This document shows, one piece after another, positions 15,941 through 24,609 of a stretch of 29,322 bases of DNA. How positions within the stretch are numbered: position 1 is the first letter of the stretch; every line of letters begins with the position of its first letter. The position numbers were made by a program, and so were the translations under genes. The DNA comes from a virus (lineage: Duplodnaviria; Caudoviricetes): positions 1 to 29,322 of IMG/VR virus record IMGVR_UViG_3300032053_003815. One strand, given 5' to 3'. The notes under the pieces are model-generated. The model was not told the DNA's origin. It saw only the letters and a list, made by a program, of their open reading frames with translations, and did not search any database.

Positions 15941-17823
15941 TATTGTATACCTCTAAGACTTTTTTCGGTTTTAACTTTATCTTTTTCTATCTTAAGAGTA
16001 CCTACTAATTTTCTAGTATTATTAGTACTGACTTCCCATAAATAAGTAGTGTCTCCTAAGACCTGTTCTAACATAGTAGTCTGTTCTTTTACCGCAGTGT
16101 TCAATCCCTGTGCTGCACTGACAACGGGAGCTAAATTAAGTGTTTGGGCTGTATTAGAGACTGTAGGATATTGGGGAGACATATTTTGACGTGTCTGTCT
16201 CATTGATCCAGCTAGACCTCCGCCTCCAATTCCTCCAATAAAATATTCCATTCCAATTCTAGTAGGCAGTGTAACTGTTCCAATTGCTTTTTGAAACCAA
16301 TTTCTATCCATAGCTTTATCTGTAGCCATAGTTCTAGCCGCTGCTAAAGGAACTCCTGTAAATGGCAATGCTTCTGCCGTTCTAACTCCACCTTCCTTTA
16401 AGTTATTGGAAGCACGTTTAGCTGCTTCTGGAACTTTAGAGGCACTATCCACTATCTTCTTTATTAACTCGTATAGTTTTGTAAAGAGGTCAATTAAACT
16501 TGTTACTCCCGATGCAAATGCATCAATCCAACCTTGAACTCTTTCAGGTGTCATTCCTTCAGACCATGATTTAATTTTGGTTGATAATGCATCGAACATA
16601 GGGATAATTTTTGATTCATAAATTGACTTTAAACTTTCAAAAAACTTAGAAATAATTCCTGTTTCTTGAAGTACTTTAACAAACGTAATAACTCTATTTG
16701 AGAGGTCGTTTATAACTGGTACTAAAAATTTTGCAAATGATTGTCCTATGGTAGAAAATACTTGTCCAAAGGCGGCGGCTAGAGTTTCTAAAGAACCTCC
16801 AATAGTCTTCTTTCTATCAGCCAATTGTCTATCTAAGAAGGCTGTACCTCCTCCAGCCATTTTAGAAAGAGACTCATTTAAGTTTATCTTTTTTAAAGCT
16901 TCTACAATACTAGCCATTTGCATTGGCAGTTTAGTAGTATCAAACTTTTTCATATCACTTAAAATATTTGCTAAAGGACGCAATTTACCAGTTGCATCCA
17001 TTGTATTAATTCCTTGTTCTTTTAATGCCTTTCCAAAACCAGAAGTCTGGTCTTGCATATCCTGCATTATAGTACCTAAAGCAAAAACAGCTCTATAACC
17101 TCCAATAGACTTTCCAAGTTCTCCTAAAATGGCAGAGATTGTAGCAAAAGAAGTTCCAGTACGTTCTGCTAATGGAATAACTGTATTAAAAGCCATTCCC
17201 ATATCTTCAACAGAAAGATTACCTACTGTGGCAGCTACTGCTAAAATATTTGAGGCTCTAGCTGCAGATAAATTTTCATGTGCAAAAATTTTCATTGCCT
17301 TTGCTACATTTTCACCAGAGGCAGCATAATCAATATTTAACGCTTTTGCTAACTTTGCCGTTTCTGCTCCAATTCTAATAGTTTCAGAAGCATCGAATCC
17401 TCTATCTGCAATAGCCTTATACATATTACCAATTTTATCAGCATGTGTTCCTACCGCTGCGGCTGTATCTCTAGCAGCTGTTTGAAAGTCTTCCCAAGCC
17501 TTACCAGAGGCGTTGGCTCCACTAGAGGCTGTTTTCCATGCATCAAACATTGAGGTTTCAAACTTCGCTGCCGCATAAGTAGAAGCGGTTAAGACTCCAG
17601 AAATTCCTAAAGTTGCTATTTTAATAACATTAAGAGCAGCATTAGCAGCGCCTGCAACACCACTCCATACTTTTTCAAGAATGGAACTTGTATTAGTTGC
17701 CTTGGTAGCAACTCCACCTAAAGACTCTTCAATTAATTTTGCTGCAGATTTAGTCTCTTCCGCACCGCCTTTAAATCCACTTGCGTCTAAGATTATTTTT
17801 GCAACTAATTCTTTAAGTAACAT
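15940..17823 (-). CDS. Tail tape measure protein
   Basis: Ala/Gly-rich helical 627 aa; TP901-type core (GINTMDATGKLRPLANILSDM); follows the chaperone genes. Confidence 0.9.
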   Translation of the reverse strand: MLLKELVAKIILDASGFKGGAEETKSAAKLIEESLGGVATKATNTSSILEKVWSGVAGAANAALNVIKIATLGISGVLTASTYAAAKFETSMFDAWKTASSGANASGKAWEDFQTAARDTAAAVGTHADKIGNMYKAIADRGFDASETIRIGAETAKLAKALNIDYAASGENVAKAMKIFAHENLSAARASNILAVAATVGNLSVEDMGMAFNTVIPLAERTGTSFATISAILGELGKSIGGYRAVFALGTIMQDMQDQTSGFGKALKEQGINTMDATGKLRPLANILSDMKKFDTTKLPMQMASIVEALKKINLNESLSKMAGGGTAFLDRQLADRKKTIGGSLETLAAAFGQVFSTIGQSFAKFLVPVINDLSNRVITFVKVLQETGIISKFFESLKSIYESKIIPMFDALSTKIKSWSEGMTPERVQGWIDAFASGVTSLIDLFTKLYELIKKIVDSASKVPEAAKRASNNLKEGGVRTAEALPFTGVPLAAARTMATDKAMDRNWFQKAIGTVTLPTRIGMEYFIGGIGGGGLAGSMRQTRQNMSPQYPTVSNTAQTLNLAPVVSAAQGLNTAVKEQTTMLEQVLGDTTYLWEVSTNNTRKLVGTLKIEKDKVKTEKSLRGIQ

Positions 17824-17825
17824 AA

Positions 17826-18089
17826 TTACCTCTTTTTAACATCTACTCCAATTTTATTCATAAGAGTCATAAGTTGTTCTTCTTCCGTCAAGGTACTTTC
17901 TTTATCTTCTTCAAATATAACTGGTTTACCTACTACACCACAATTAACTATATATCCAAATATTTTCCATTCAGCTATTTTTCTCTTTTTAATTGCTTCC
18001 ATCAATTGAGTAATTTCATCCACCTCTAATTTTTGAATATATTCTATCGTCCATCCATATTCGGAAGCAAGAGTATCAATCGTATCCAT
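17826..18089 (-). CDS. Tail assembly chaperone, GT-like part
   Basis: LASEYGWTIEYIQKL motif, immediately before the tape measure gene. First ATG is at 18089; the frame is open up to the upstream stop at 18114-18116. Confidence 0.7.
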   Translation of the reverse strand: MDTIDTLASEYGWTIEYIQKLEVDEITQLMEAIKKRKIAEWKIFGYIVNCGVVGKPVIFEEDKESTLTEEEQLMTLMNKIGVDVKKR

Positions 18090-18113
18090 TAAGTTGTCTT
18101 CTTTATGATTCAA

Positions 18114-18413
18114 TTAAACTATTCCTGTGGTCATAGAGATTAACTTAGGTACTGTATCTAATTCCAAAATATCAGTCAACTTTTCTTTCGTAACTTCTTT
18201 ATTTTCTACAATAAGAATCTGGTAGGCTACTTCAATCATAACATCAATTAACTCAACGGAAATAGTACCGGCTCCTCTTAATTCATCCATCTTCTGAATA
18301 GCAGGAAGAAGCTTTTTAGCATCTCCTAAAGTCATTTTACGAACGAGATATTCTTTACCGTCCGCTAATATAATTGTTTTCTTCTCTGAAGCTGTCACTC
18401 TATTTTCTTCCAT
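18114..18413 (-). CDS. Tail assembly chaperone, G-like
   Basis: Between tube and tape measure; DGKEYLVRKMTLGD motif; SD GAGGAGG. Confidence 0.75.
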   Translation of the reverse strand: MEENRVTASEKKTIILADGKEYLVRKMTLGDAKKLLPAIQKMDELRGAGTISVELIDVMIEVAYQILIVENKEVTKEKLTDILELDTVPKLISMTTGIV

Positions 18414-18435
18414 TTTAAATCCTCCTCAATTGTGG

Positions 18436-18482
18436 TGGAAGAGAGTTTAAAGACGTTTAACGACTTCAGTGACTCTCTTCCA
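18436..18482 (-). other. Intergenic long hairpin
   Basis: Perfect 11-bp inverted repeat TGGAAGAGAGT/ACTCTCTTCCA with further inner pairing; no U tract. Confidence 0.7.
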
Positions 18483-18495
18483 ATAAATCTACTTG

Positions 18496-18864
18496 TTAAA
18501 CAACGTTTTCTGCTCTACGAAGAACTAAGGTTGAAACTACGAATGCATCCTGACCTGACTTAAGGTCATAAGAAATTACTTTGCAATTCGTAATACTACC
18601 AGATAACCCACCGCCTTCAGCACCAACGGCTAGAGTCACTGTCACATACTGATTATCTAATTCCGTTGGGTCAATATCAAATTTCGCTGACTCAACAGTA
18701 ATTTCAACTGATTTAGCACCTAACTCAATCCACATCGGAAGACGATAATCGCCTCCACGAAACTCAACTGGACCACCATCAGTCTTGATGGAGATACCAG
18801 TACAAGATGCGATAGCTGTACCACTTCCAATTGAGATTGTACCAACTCCGAATTTATAAGCCAT
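18496..18864 (-). CDS. Major tail tube protein (minimal, 122 aa)
   Basis: Position after the tail terminator; strong SD AGGAGG; beta-strand pattern of the tube fold. Confidence 0.75.
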   Translation of the reverse strand: MAYKFGVGTISIGSGTAIASCTGISIKTDGGPVEFRGGDYRLPMWIELGAKSVEITVESAKFDIDPTELDNQYVTVTLAVGAEGGGLSGSITNCKVISYDLKSGQDAFVVSTLVLRRAENVV

Positions 18865-18881
18865 TTTATTTCCTCCTGTTT

Positions 18882-19292
18882 TTACTCATTAGTTACAACA
18901 TCAAAAATTATACTACCTACCCAATATTCTTGAGAATCATCATAACGAATACTTGCATCCGTCTTTTTAATTTGATTTACCTCAAGTGTACTTTCATTGA
19001 ACGAATTTCCTTTTCTGTTCAATAAATCTATAACTCTGTCTACTATTGATGCACATATTGAATATGGTTCTGTATTTTCTTTTTGTAAAACCCAAACAGT
19101 TACAAATAGTGTAGGATTACAAGCATTTAATACAGCTTCTGAACGACCATATTCTTTTCTAATAGTGATTTGCTTTGATACTTTAGGTTCTGGTAACTCA
19201 GTTACTCTTACATTAGTCCCTACGGCTGCAGTAATAGTAGAGTCATTCATTAACTTAGTTCGAACCTTTTTTAGTAAGTCGTATTTAGACAT
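18882..19292 (-). CDS. Tail terminator / tail completion protein
   Basis: LMNDSTITAAVGTNV N-terminus, canonical position and size. Confidence 0.75.
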   Translation of the reverse strand: MSKYDLLKKVRTKLMNDSTITAAVGTNVRVTELPEPKVSKQITIRKEYGRSEAVLNACNPTLFVTVWVLQKENTEPYSICASIVDRVIDLLNRKGNSFNESTLEVNQIKKTDASIRYDDSQEYWVGSIIFDVVTNE

Positions 19293-19792
19293 TATTCTAA
19301 CGCATTCTTTAAGAACTCGATTATTTTATCCACATTCTCTTCAACTGCTGGTAAGAGATATGGTTTTGCTTTCTGTCCTGCTACGGAGGTTGCAAAAACT
19401 GCTCTACCTGTTTCTTGGGCCGCTTTCCATCCAGCGGCTGTAGTTGGTCTTGCTCCACTTGTTACCCAAGCTAATACTTTTCCGTTCTTAGGATAAATTC
19501 TTTGTTTATGAGGTCCATAGATACCTGTACCTAACTCTACATAAGGAGCATAAGCTAAATTTGAACCTACTTGTCCTACTAATCTTGCGGATTCTTTTTC
19601 AATTTCATATGTAATACTTGATTGCAATTGACCTGTTCTAACTGGACATTTTAAACGTGCTTTATCTGCCAGCATATTTAAGAATTGTTCAAATCCATAC
19701 GCTAATCTCTTATTTCCAATCCCTTCAGAATACTTCTGAACTAGGTCTTTAATTTGAGTTAAGTCAGGAGTTTTAATAGTCACAACAGCCAT
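19292..19792 (-). CDS. HK97 gp10-like neck/tail completion protein
   Basis: CPVRTGQLQSSI, YAPYVELGTG and GQKAKPYLLPA motifs. Confidence 0.9.
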   Translation of the reverse strand: MAVVTIKTPDLTQIKDLVQKYSEGIGNKRLAYGFEQFLNMLADKARLKCPVRTGQLQSSITYEIEKESARLVGQVGSNLAYAPYVELGTGIYGPHKQRIYPKNGKVLAWVTSGARPTTAAGWKAAQETGRAVFATSVAGQKAKPYLLPAVEENVDKIIEFLKNALE

Positions 19793-20118
19793 TATTTCAC
19801 CAATCCTAGAACAACTTTATAATGATGATTACGTCCTGCTTGATTTAAAACGGCTAATACGTTCCAAGAGACTCCTGATGGATCGACTACCTTATCTGCT
19901 TCTTTAATATTAGCAGTTGCAAGAGTATAGAGAATTGCATCTCCAGTAATAGTAATTCCACTATCTGCTCTTGCTACACTTTCACTCTTAGGTTGAATTA
20001 TACCTTTAACAGTCGCTACTAAAGGCCAGGTTTCTGCTTTTTCTCCATAAGCATTAACCGCACCTAAAGTGCGTCGATAGATTTGTTCATCGTCTGTTAA
20101 GTATGTTTCAATTGCCAT
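19792..20118 (-). CDS. Head closure (stopper) protein, SPP1 gp16-like
   Basis: 108-aa beta protein after the adaptor; NAYGE..W, IKEADKV and NHHYKV motifs. Confidence 0.8.
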   Translation of the reverse strand: MAIETYLTDDEQIYRRTLGAVNAYGEKAETWPLVATVKGIIQPKSESVARADSGITITGDAILYTLATANIKEADKVVDPSGVSWNVLAVLNQAGRNHHYKVVLGLVK

Positions 20119-20119
20119 T

Positions 20120-20770
20120 CTAGATTCCCCACATACCCGTATTGTTACTTGCTTTTATGTAGTATTTTGAATTAGCTACTTTAGATACAATTTCTTTAAT
20201 TACAGCACCAATTTTAACATTAACTTGTGCGTCCTTGGCATATGATACACTATAATCTCCTATTGATTCGCTAGAGATTTCATCATTGTGCCCTACTTGT
20301 AAACAATATGCTTGTGCTGCAAAAAGAGCTGCAAGAACTTCAATAATAGCAGGGACTTCTTCAAATCCATAAGAGTAGGTAAATCTCCAATTAGCAATTC
20401 CTTGTTCCCAAACAGCTTCTCCACTACCCATAATATGATAATCAACAATTGACCACCAATCTGAGTTAGGAAGTAACTTAAGACGTAAAGTTCCACAGTC
20501 CTTATATACAACATACTCAGGAGCGGTTAATTCGTGCCAGACTCTATTAGCGTCTTCCCATTCTACTTTAGTGATTTCTAAAATAGGATAGTTATTTAAA
20601 ACTATCTCATCGCAATCGGAACCGTCTTGAAGTTCAGTAACAGTAAACTTATAAAACTGTCTATTGGCTACTGTATTAACCATGGCGTCTCCATAAGCCA
20701 TCATTTCATCAGTAACCTCGTCCACACATATATGAAGCATATCAGCAACTTTTTGTTTTGAAGTATACAT
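20120..20770 (-). CDS. Head-tail adaptor protein
   Basis: MYTS..V N-terminus, YSYGFEEVPA and SESIGDYSVSY motifs; follows the capsid gene. Confidence 0.85.
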   Translation of the reverse strand: MYTSKQKVADMLHICVDEVTDEMMAYGDAMVNTVANRQFYKFTVTELQDGSDCDEIVLNNYPILEITKVEWEDANRVWHELTAPEYVVYKDCGTLRLKLLPNSDWWSIVDYHIMGSGEAVWEQGIANWRFTYSYGFEEVPAIIEVLAALFAAQAYCLQVGHNDEISSESIGDYSVSYAKDAQVNVKIGAVIKEIVSKVANSKYYIKASNNTGMWGI

Positions 20771-20806
20771 TTTTGGTCTCCTTTACATAATTCGAATATC
20801 TCTCTA

Positions 20807-20840
20807 AAATAAAAACACTCAAAGAAGCTATATGTTTAAA
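20807..20840 (-). promoter_or_regulatory. Putative late promoter motif, copy 1
   Basis: TTTAAAC-N5-GCTT-N6-GTGTTTTTATTT; same spacing as the copy at 23251-23284; located just downstream of the capsid terminator. Confidence 0.55.
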
Positions 20841-20882
20841 TATTTTAATAAGATTAAATCGTTAGACTTTCCTAATAACTAT

Positions 20883-20915
20883 GAAAAAGGGCCTACTTTT
20901 ACATAGGCCCTTTTC
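20883..20915 (-). terminator. Rho-independent terminator after the major capsid gene (bidirectional form)
   Basis: AAAAGGGCCTA-TGTAAAAG-TAGGCCCTTTTT. Confidence 0.9.
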
Positions 20916-20938
20916 CTGTATCTCTAAAACCGTTAGGT

Positions 20939-21961
20939 TTAGCTGTTATTGAATTTCACTAAGCAGACAGCTTCAGCACTACCAGCTTGTCCACTATTGT
21001 ACGCCTTATGGCGAACAGTGAAGTCAATTCTTTCAGAGATGACGAAACGAATTTTGTCATGCTCTTCAAGTTCCTTCTTAACGATTTTGATTTTGCGTCT
21101 ATCCCCGATAAGAGGTTCATCCACAGGCACTAACACACCAGTACCGACAGAACCCTTATTAGCTGATTTGACATAATCCATGTAAGCACTTTCATACGTG
21201 CTCACGCCATAGATTTTGTCAGCCATGCCCGGTTCAGTAGCAGAACCGTTCGCATCGCGAGCCCCACCTAAGAAGGTGTTGTTCACCAACCGGCGTGACC
21301 TACGAAGATACTCAGCCATCGACGGATCGATGAAGAGCACCAACTTTTTGCGATTGCGACCATATTTTCCCAAAAGCTTAATCGCTTTGGAAATCGTATC
21401 TTCAATACCACTGAACTCACCATTCGACTCAGTAACAAGACCGCTCTGAATAACTGAAGCAGCCGCTGCCATCTGAGCTAACCCATCGAACGCTTTGCGA
21501 GGGTCATCAGCAGTACCGTAAGCAATATCTCCTGCAATCATAGCCAACTCTTCCGCTTCGGCAAAAGCTTCACCGAAAGATTCCAAAAGAAGATTGACCA
21601 CGTCGACCGCGGCATCTTCGATGTCATCATTGTCCACAGAAGCATACGCCATCAATTTCTTTGCTTCCAAGCGAACAGCATGAAGTTTCGGACCAATCTG
21701 ATCTGACTTCCCGGAAATATCAACTTGCGTCGGAACAAAATACACACCGGCGCCCGGAGTTGATCGACCTGACGTAAGAACAGGGATATCCAAAGTCTTT
21801 TTAGACATAGGAATCTCACGAAACAACTGACGGCAATAATTAATTTCGCTGATGTAACGAACAATCTCATCTGCTAGTGGTTTAGGTAAATAACCACTAC
21901 CGCTTGGATCATCTAATTTAAAATCCCCTGCGGTTGCTAACGCTTTGCGAATATCACTCAT
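20939..21961 (-). CDS. Major capsid protein (HK97 fold)
   Basis: GSGYLPKPLADEIV, LEAKKLMAYASV, EELAMIAGD, FDGL and ERIDF motifs; follows the protease; terminator downstream. Confidence 0.93.
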   Translation of the reverse strand: MSDIRKALATAGDFKLDDPSGSGYLPKPLADEIVRYISEINYCRQLFREIPMSKKTLDIPVLTSGRSTPGAGVYFVPTQVDISGKSDQIGPKLHAVRLEAKKLMAYASVDNDDIEDAAVDVVNLLLESFGEAFAEAEELAMIAGDIAYGTADDPRKAFDGLAQMAAAASVIQSGLVTESNGEFSGIEDTISKAIKLLGKYGRNRKKLVLFIDPSMAEYLRRSRRLVNNTFLGGARDANGSATEPGMADKIYGVSTYESAYMDYVKSANKGSVGTGVLVPVDEPLIGDRRKIKIVKKELEEHDKIRFVISERIDFTVRHKAYNSGQAGSAEAVCLVKFNNS

Positions 21962-21991
21962 TTGTATTCCTCCTGGTTTTTTCTATTCAAA

Positions 21992-22675
21992 TTAACTCTT
22001 GAATAGGGTTGCGAATCCTTTACGGATTATCTCGTTTTGTTTAGCCTTAGGTAATGCATTGAACTTATTTTCATCTAATAGTAAAGATTCCTCACTACCA
22101 TCATCTTCTTTTAAATCAATATCCGTCTTGATAATGGTTCCTTTACGACTAGGAACTAATCGAATCTTTCCCAACTTTGAATCAAGTGACTTATTAATGA
22201 CTTCTGTCACTTCTTCAATCGTTAAAGACTTAGCCATAACTTTATGAGGGTCAGTAGCACAAGAAGTCTCTAAAGGTGTTGGCGCTTCATCGGCCACATC
22301 CTCAGAACTCCACTCTTGTAACAAAGCCTCAATACGTGCTAGGGTTTCTTTAATTCCTTTAATCTCTTCTTCTACAGTCGGACCTTTTGCTGGAGCAGGT
22401 GAAGCATCTCCAACAATAGGAGTTGGTTTAGGTAAAGTCTCTGGAACAACCTGAACAGCTTTTTCAGTCTTTTCAATGACTTCTTCAGCGACTTCTTCAG
22501 CTTTAGGTTCTTCAACAGGCTTTACTTCCGCCTTCGGTTCTTCGACTTTCGTCTCTTCTACTTTAACTTCAGCTGCGGGTTCCACTGCTTTTGTCTCAAC
22601 GGCAGCAGGAGTTTCTACAGGGGCTGCCTCTAAAACTGCAGCATCTTTTTGAATTTCAACATTGGCTTCAATCAC
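21992..22675 (-). CDS. Putative nested scaffolding protein (internal in-frame GTG start)
   Basis: GGGAGG-gaccaaata-GTG, in frame, at the protease/scaffold boundary. Confidence 0.6.
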   Translation of the reverse strand: MIEANVEIQKDAAVLEAAPVETPAAVETKAVEPAAEVKVEETKVEEPKAEVKPVEEPKAEEVAEEVIEKTEKAVQVVPETLPKPTPIVGDASPAPAKGPTVEEEIKGIKETLARIEALLQEWSSEDVADEAPTPLETSCATDPHKVMAKSLTIEEVTEVINKSLDSKLGKIRLVPSRKGTIIKTDIDLKEDDGSEESLLLDENKFNALPKAKQNEIIRKGFATLFKS

Positions 22676-23236
22676 TATTTGGTCCCTCCCTTCTTCCGTG
22701 TCAATAGGAGATGCACCTTCAAGTGCTTTACAAATCCCTCCTATTAAACTTTTTTGTGACACTGCAAATTCTGCATTTTCGTTAGCAGGTAAACCTACAA
22801 TGCTAACTTCCAGAATTTCTAAATCCTGGATATGATTAAATTCTTTATTCTTCTCTTTACTAAAACCACGAGTAGCTTGTTTTAGTTTTCCACCAATAGA
22901 AAACTTGCTTAAAATACCTTCTTGAATTAACTGCCAAATATCAGGACGTGTCTTACTCACCATAACTTCAACCCATAAACCTTGTTCATCTGTACCAGCA
23001 TTTAAAATTTTACCTACAGGCGGTTGATCATGTTTATGTTCATAGAACACTGTAGTATTACGTTTAAGATCAGCAACCGCTCTGGCTAAGGCCTCAGGAG
23101 CGATAACATCGTTCTGTCTGTCCAAATCTGATGTAGCTGCGTATCCTCTAATCTTCCAACTATCTTGACCGTCAACAGCTTTAATAACTTCAATGGCAGG
23201 ACAAAAAGCAAATTTTAATTCAGGATACTGTTTCAT
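21992..23236 (-). CDS. HK97-family prohead protease fused to Ala/Glu/Pro-rich scaffold domain
   Basis: IRGYAAT.DLDRQND, YEH...PVGK, FSIGG and EVSIVGLPANENA; C-terminal half is low-complexity (EEPKAE repeats) with a coiled coil. Confidence 0.92.
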   Translation of the reverse strand: MKQYPELKFAFCPAIEVIKAVDGQDSWKIRGYAATSDLDRQNDVIAPEALARAVADLKRNTTVFYEHKHDQPPVGKILNAGTDEQGLWVEVMVSKTRPDIWQLIQEGILSKFSIGGKLKQATRGFSKEKNKEFNHIQDLEILEVSIVGLPANENAEFAVSQKSLIGGICKALEGASPIDTEEGRDQIVIEANVEIQKDAAVLEAAPVETPAAVETKAVEPAAEVKVEETKVEEPKAEVKPVEEPKAEEVAEEVIEKTEKAVQVVPETLPKPTPIVGDASPAPAKGPTVEEEIKGIKETLARIEALLQEWSSEDVADEAPTPLETSCATDPHKVMAKSLTIEEVTEVINKSLDSKLGKIRLVPSRKGTIIKTDIDLKEDDGSEESLLLDENKFNALPKAKQNEIIRKGFATLFKS

Positions 23237-23250
23237 AGATTAGTCTCCAT

Positions 23251-23284
23251 AAATAAAAACACGAGAGAAAGCCTAAAGTTAAAA
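23251..23284 (-). promoter_or_regulatory. Putative late promoter motif, copy 2
   Basis: TTTTAAC-N5-GCTT-N6-GTGTTTTTATTT directly before the protease SD (GGAG). Confidence 0.55.
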
Positions 23285-23293
23285 CTTATTTTA

Positions 23294-23593
23294 TTAGAAC
23301 GCTTCTCTCACTACTTTCAAATTCTCTTTTTCTACTTCTTTCATAAAGGATTCGTCAATCTTGTTTAGGATTGATTCTCCTTTTTGACTATCACTTACTA
23401 AAAGTACTTTTCTCAATTTTGAAATCTTTCTAGCGTTAAGAGGATAGATTGCAAAATCTTTAGGGGCATACTTCTTTTTACTCTTCTTTCTATCTCTTAA
23501 ATCGGACAGGACAACCTTTAACAGTTGACCAAATACCTGCATTGTCTCTTCATTTGAGTAGGTCATATCGAAACGATATTGTATCTTTTTCAT
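23294..23593 (-). CDS. Hypothetical basic protein
   Basis: 99 aa, TAATG-coupled to the MuF gene, SD AGGAG. Confidence 0.65.
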   Translation of the reverse strand: MKKIQYRFDMTYSNEETMQVFGQLLKVVLSDLRDRKKSKKKYAPKDFAIYPLNARKISKLRKVLLVSDSQKGESILNKIDESFMKEVEKENLKVVREAF

Positions 23594-24591
23594 TACTTTT
23601 CTCCTCGTAATAACTTCAACGCTTGGTCTACATCTCCGTTATCAATCATCTTATTTACGTCTTTAAATTGCGATTCGTTTAACTTAAAAAAGTCCATAAT
23701 GTGTACGCCATCAGCATCACTATAAATTGATTCTGGGTCTGCGAACTTATCTAATCCTTCGGTCTCTTCTTCAAACTTTTTATACTCGCTTACTACCCAA
23801 GTGCAGCGACAGTTAGGATGTAGTGGAATAAGGTCCTGTGAATCTTCAACAGAGTATTCTTCTCCATTGTGAGGCATACAGAATTCACATGCACCTGGAT
23901 TCGCTACCCACTTTAAAGTTTTAGCAATATTGCTTTGTTGATATCCATAGACTCTACCATTATTTAAAGCACGTTGAATTTCTGTTCTTGCAACCATTGT
24001 GGTATATCTATCTTTGTCCATAGTATACTCATAACCTCTACGAGCAACTTTTCCTTCTTCATCTAACTTCTCTGGAACCTTAATAACAACTGGACCATCA
24101 AATATAGATGCAATTTGTTGATGAACTTCTGTTGAAGGAGTTCCATCTTTAATTGCTTGAGCAATTAGTTGTTTAACTCTTGCCTGCATATCACTTGAAA
24201 GTATTTTAGAGAACTCATCGTAGTGAGAGAGATAGAAGTCTGCTACGGGAGTCATATCTATATTCCAAGAAAGCATCATTTTCATATCCTTGTATGCTCT
24301 CTCTAAACCTTTTTGAGCAGCAACTCCCGCTAACGAAGTTAATCTTTTCGGCATTGAACCTACATTAAAATTTGCGATTGCTTCAATTTCGGAAGGGTCT
24401 AAATCATCGAGGGCTTTTGAAATAAGTGACTTTGCAATTTCTTTATCCAGTTTCTTTAGTACCTGCTTCTTCCACTCCTGTATTGATCGATTAAGAGTAG
24501 TCTTAAATCTTTCTTCTTCTTTATCTACGGATACAAATTTCGCTTTTACAATTATATCTCTAAAGAAACTTGAAACACTATCCATACTCAC
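23593..24591 (-). CDS. Head morphogenesis / minor head protein (MuF, SPP1 gp7 family)
   Basis: MVARTEIQRALNNG, ACEFC and IPLHPNCRC motifs. Confidence 0.92.
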   Translation of the reverse strand: MSMDSVSSFFRDIIVKAKFVSVDKEEERFKTTLNRSIQEWKKQVLKKLDKEIAKSLISKALDDLDPSEIEAIANFNVGSMPKRLTSLAGVAAQKGLERAYKDMKMMLSWNIDMTPVADFYLSHYDEFSKILSSDMQARVKQLIAQAIKDGTPSTEVHQQIASIFDGPVVIKVPEKLDEEGKVARRGYEYTMDKDRYTTMVARTEIQRALNNGRVYGYQQSNIAKTLKWVANPGACEFCMPHNGEEYSVEDSQDLIPLHPNCRCTWVVSEYKKFEEETEGLDKFADPESIYSDADGVHIMDFFKLNESQFKDVNKMIDNGDVDQALKLLRGEK

Positions 24592-24609
24592 CTCATATAA
24601 ATTATATCT

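Noticed and set aside
13330-21870. Alternative-frame minus ORFs 13330..13644, 20293..20514 and 21652..21870
   Set aside because: They lie fully inside structural genes and their Leu-rich composition is typical of off-frame translation. Considered as holin/spanin candidates, but no lipobox or convincing RBS was seen.
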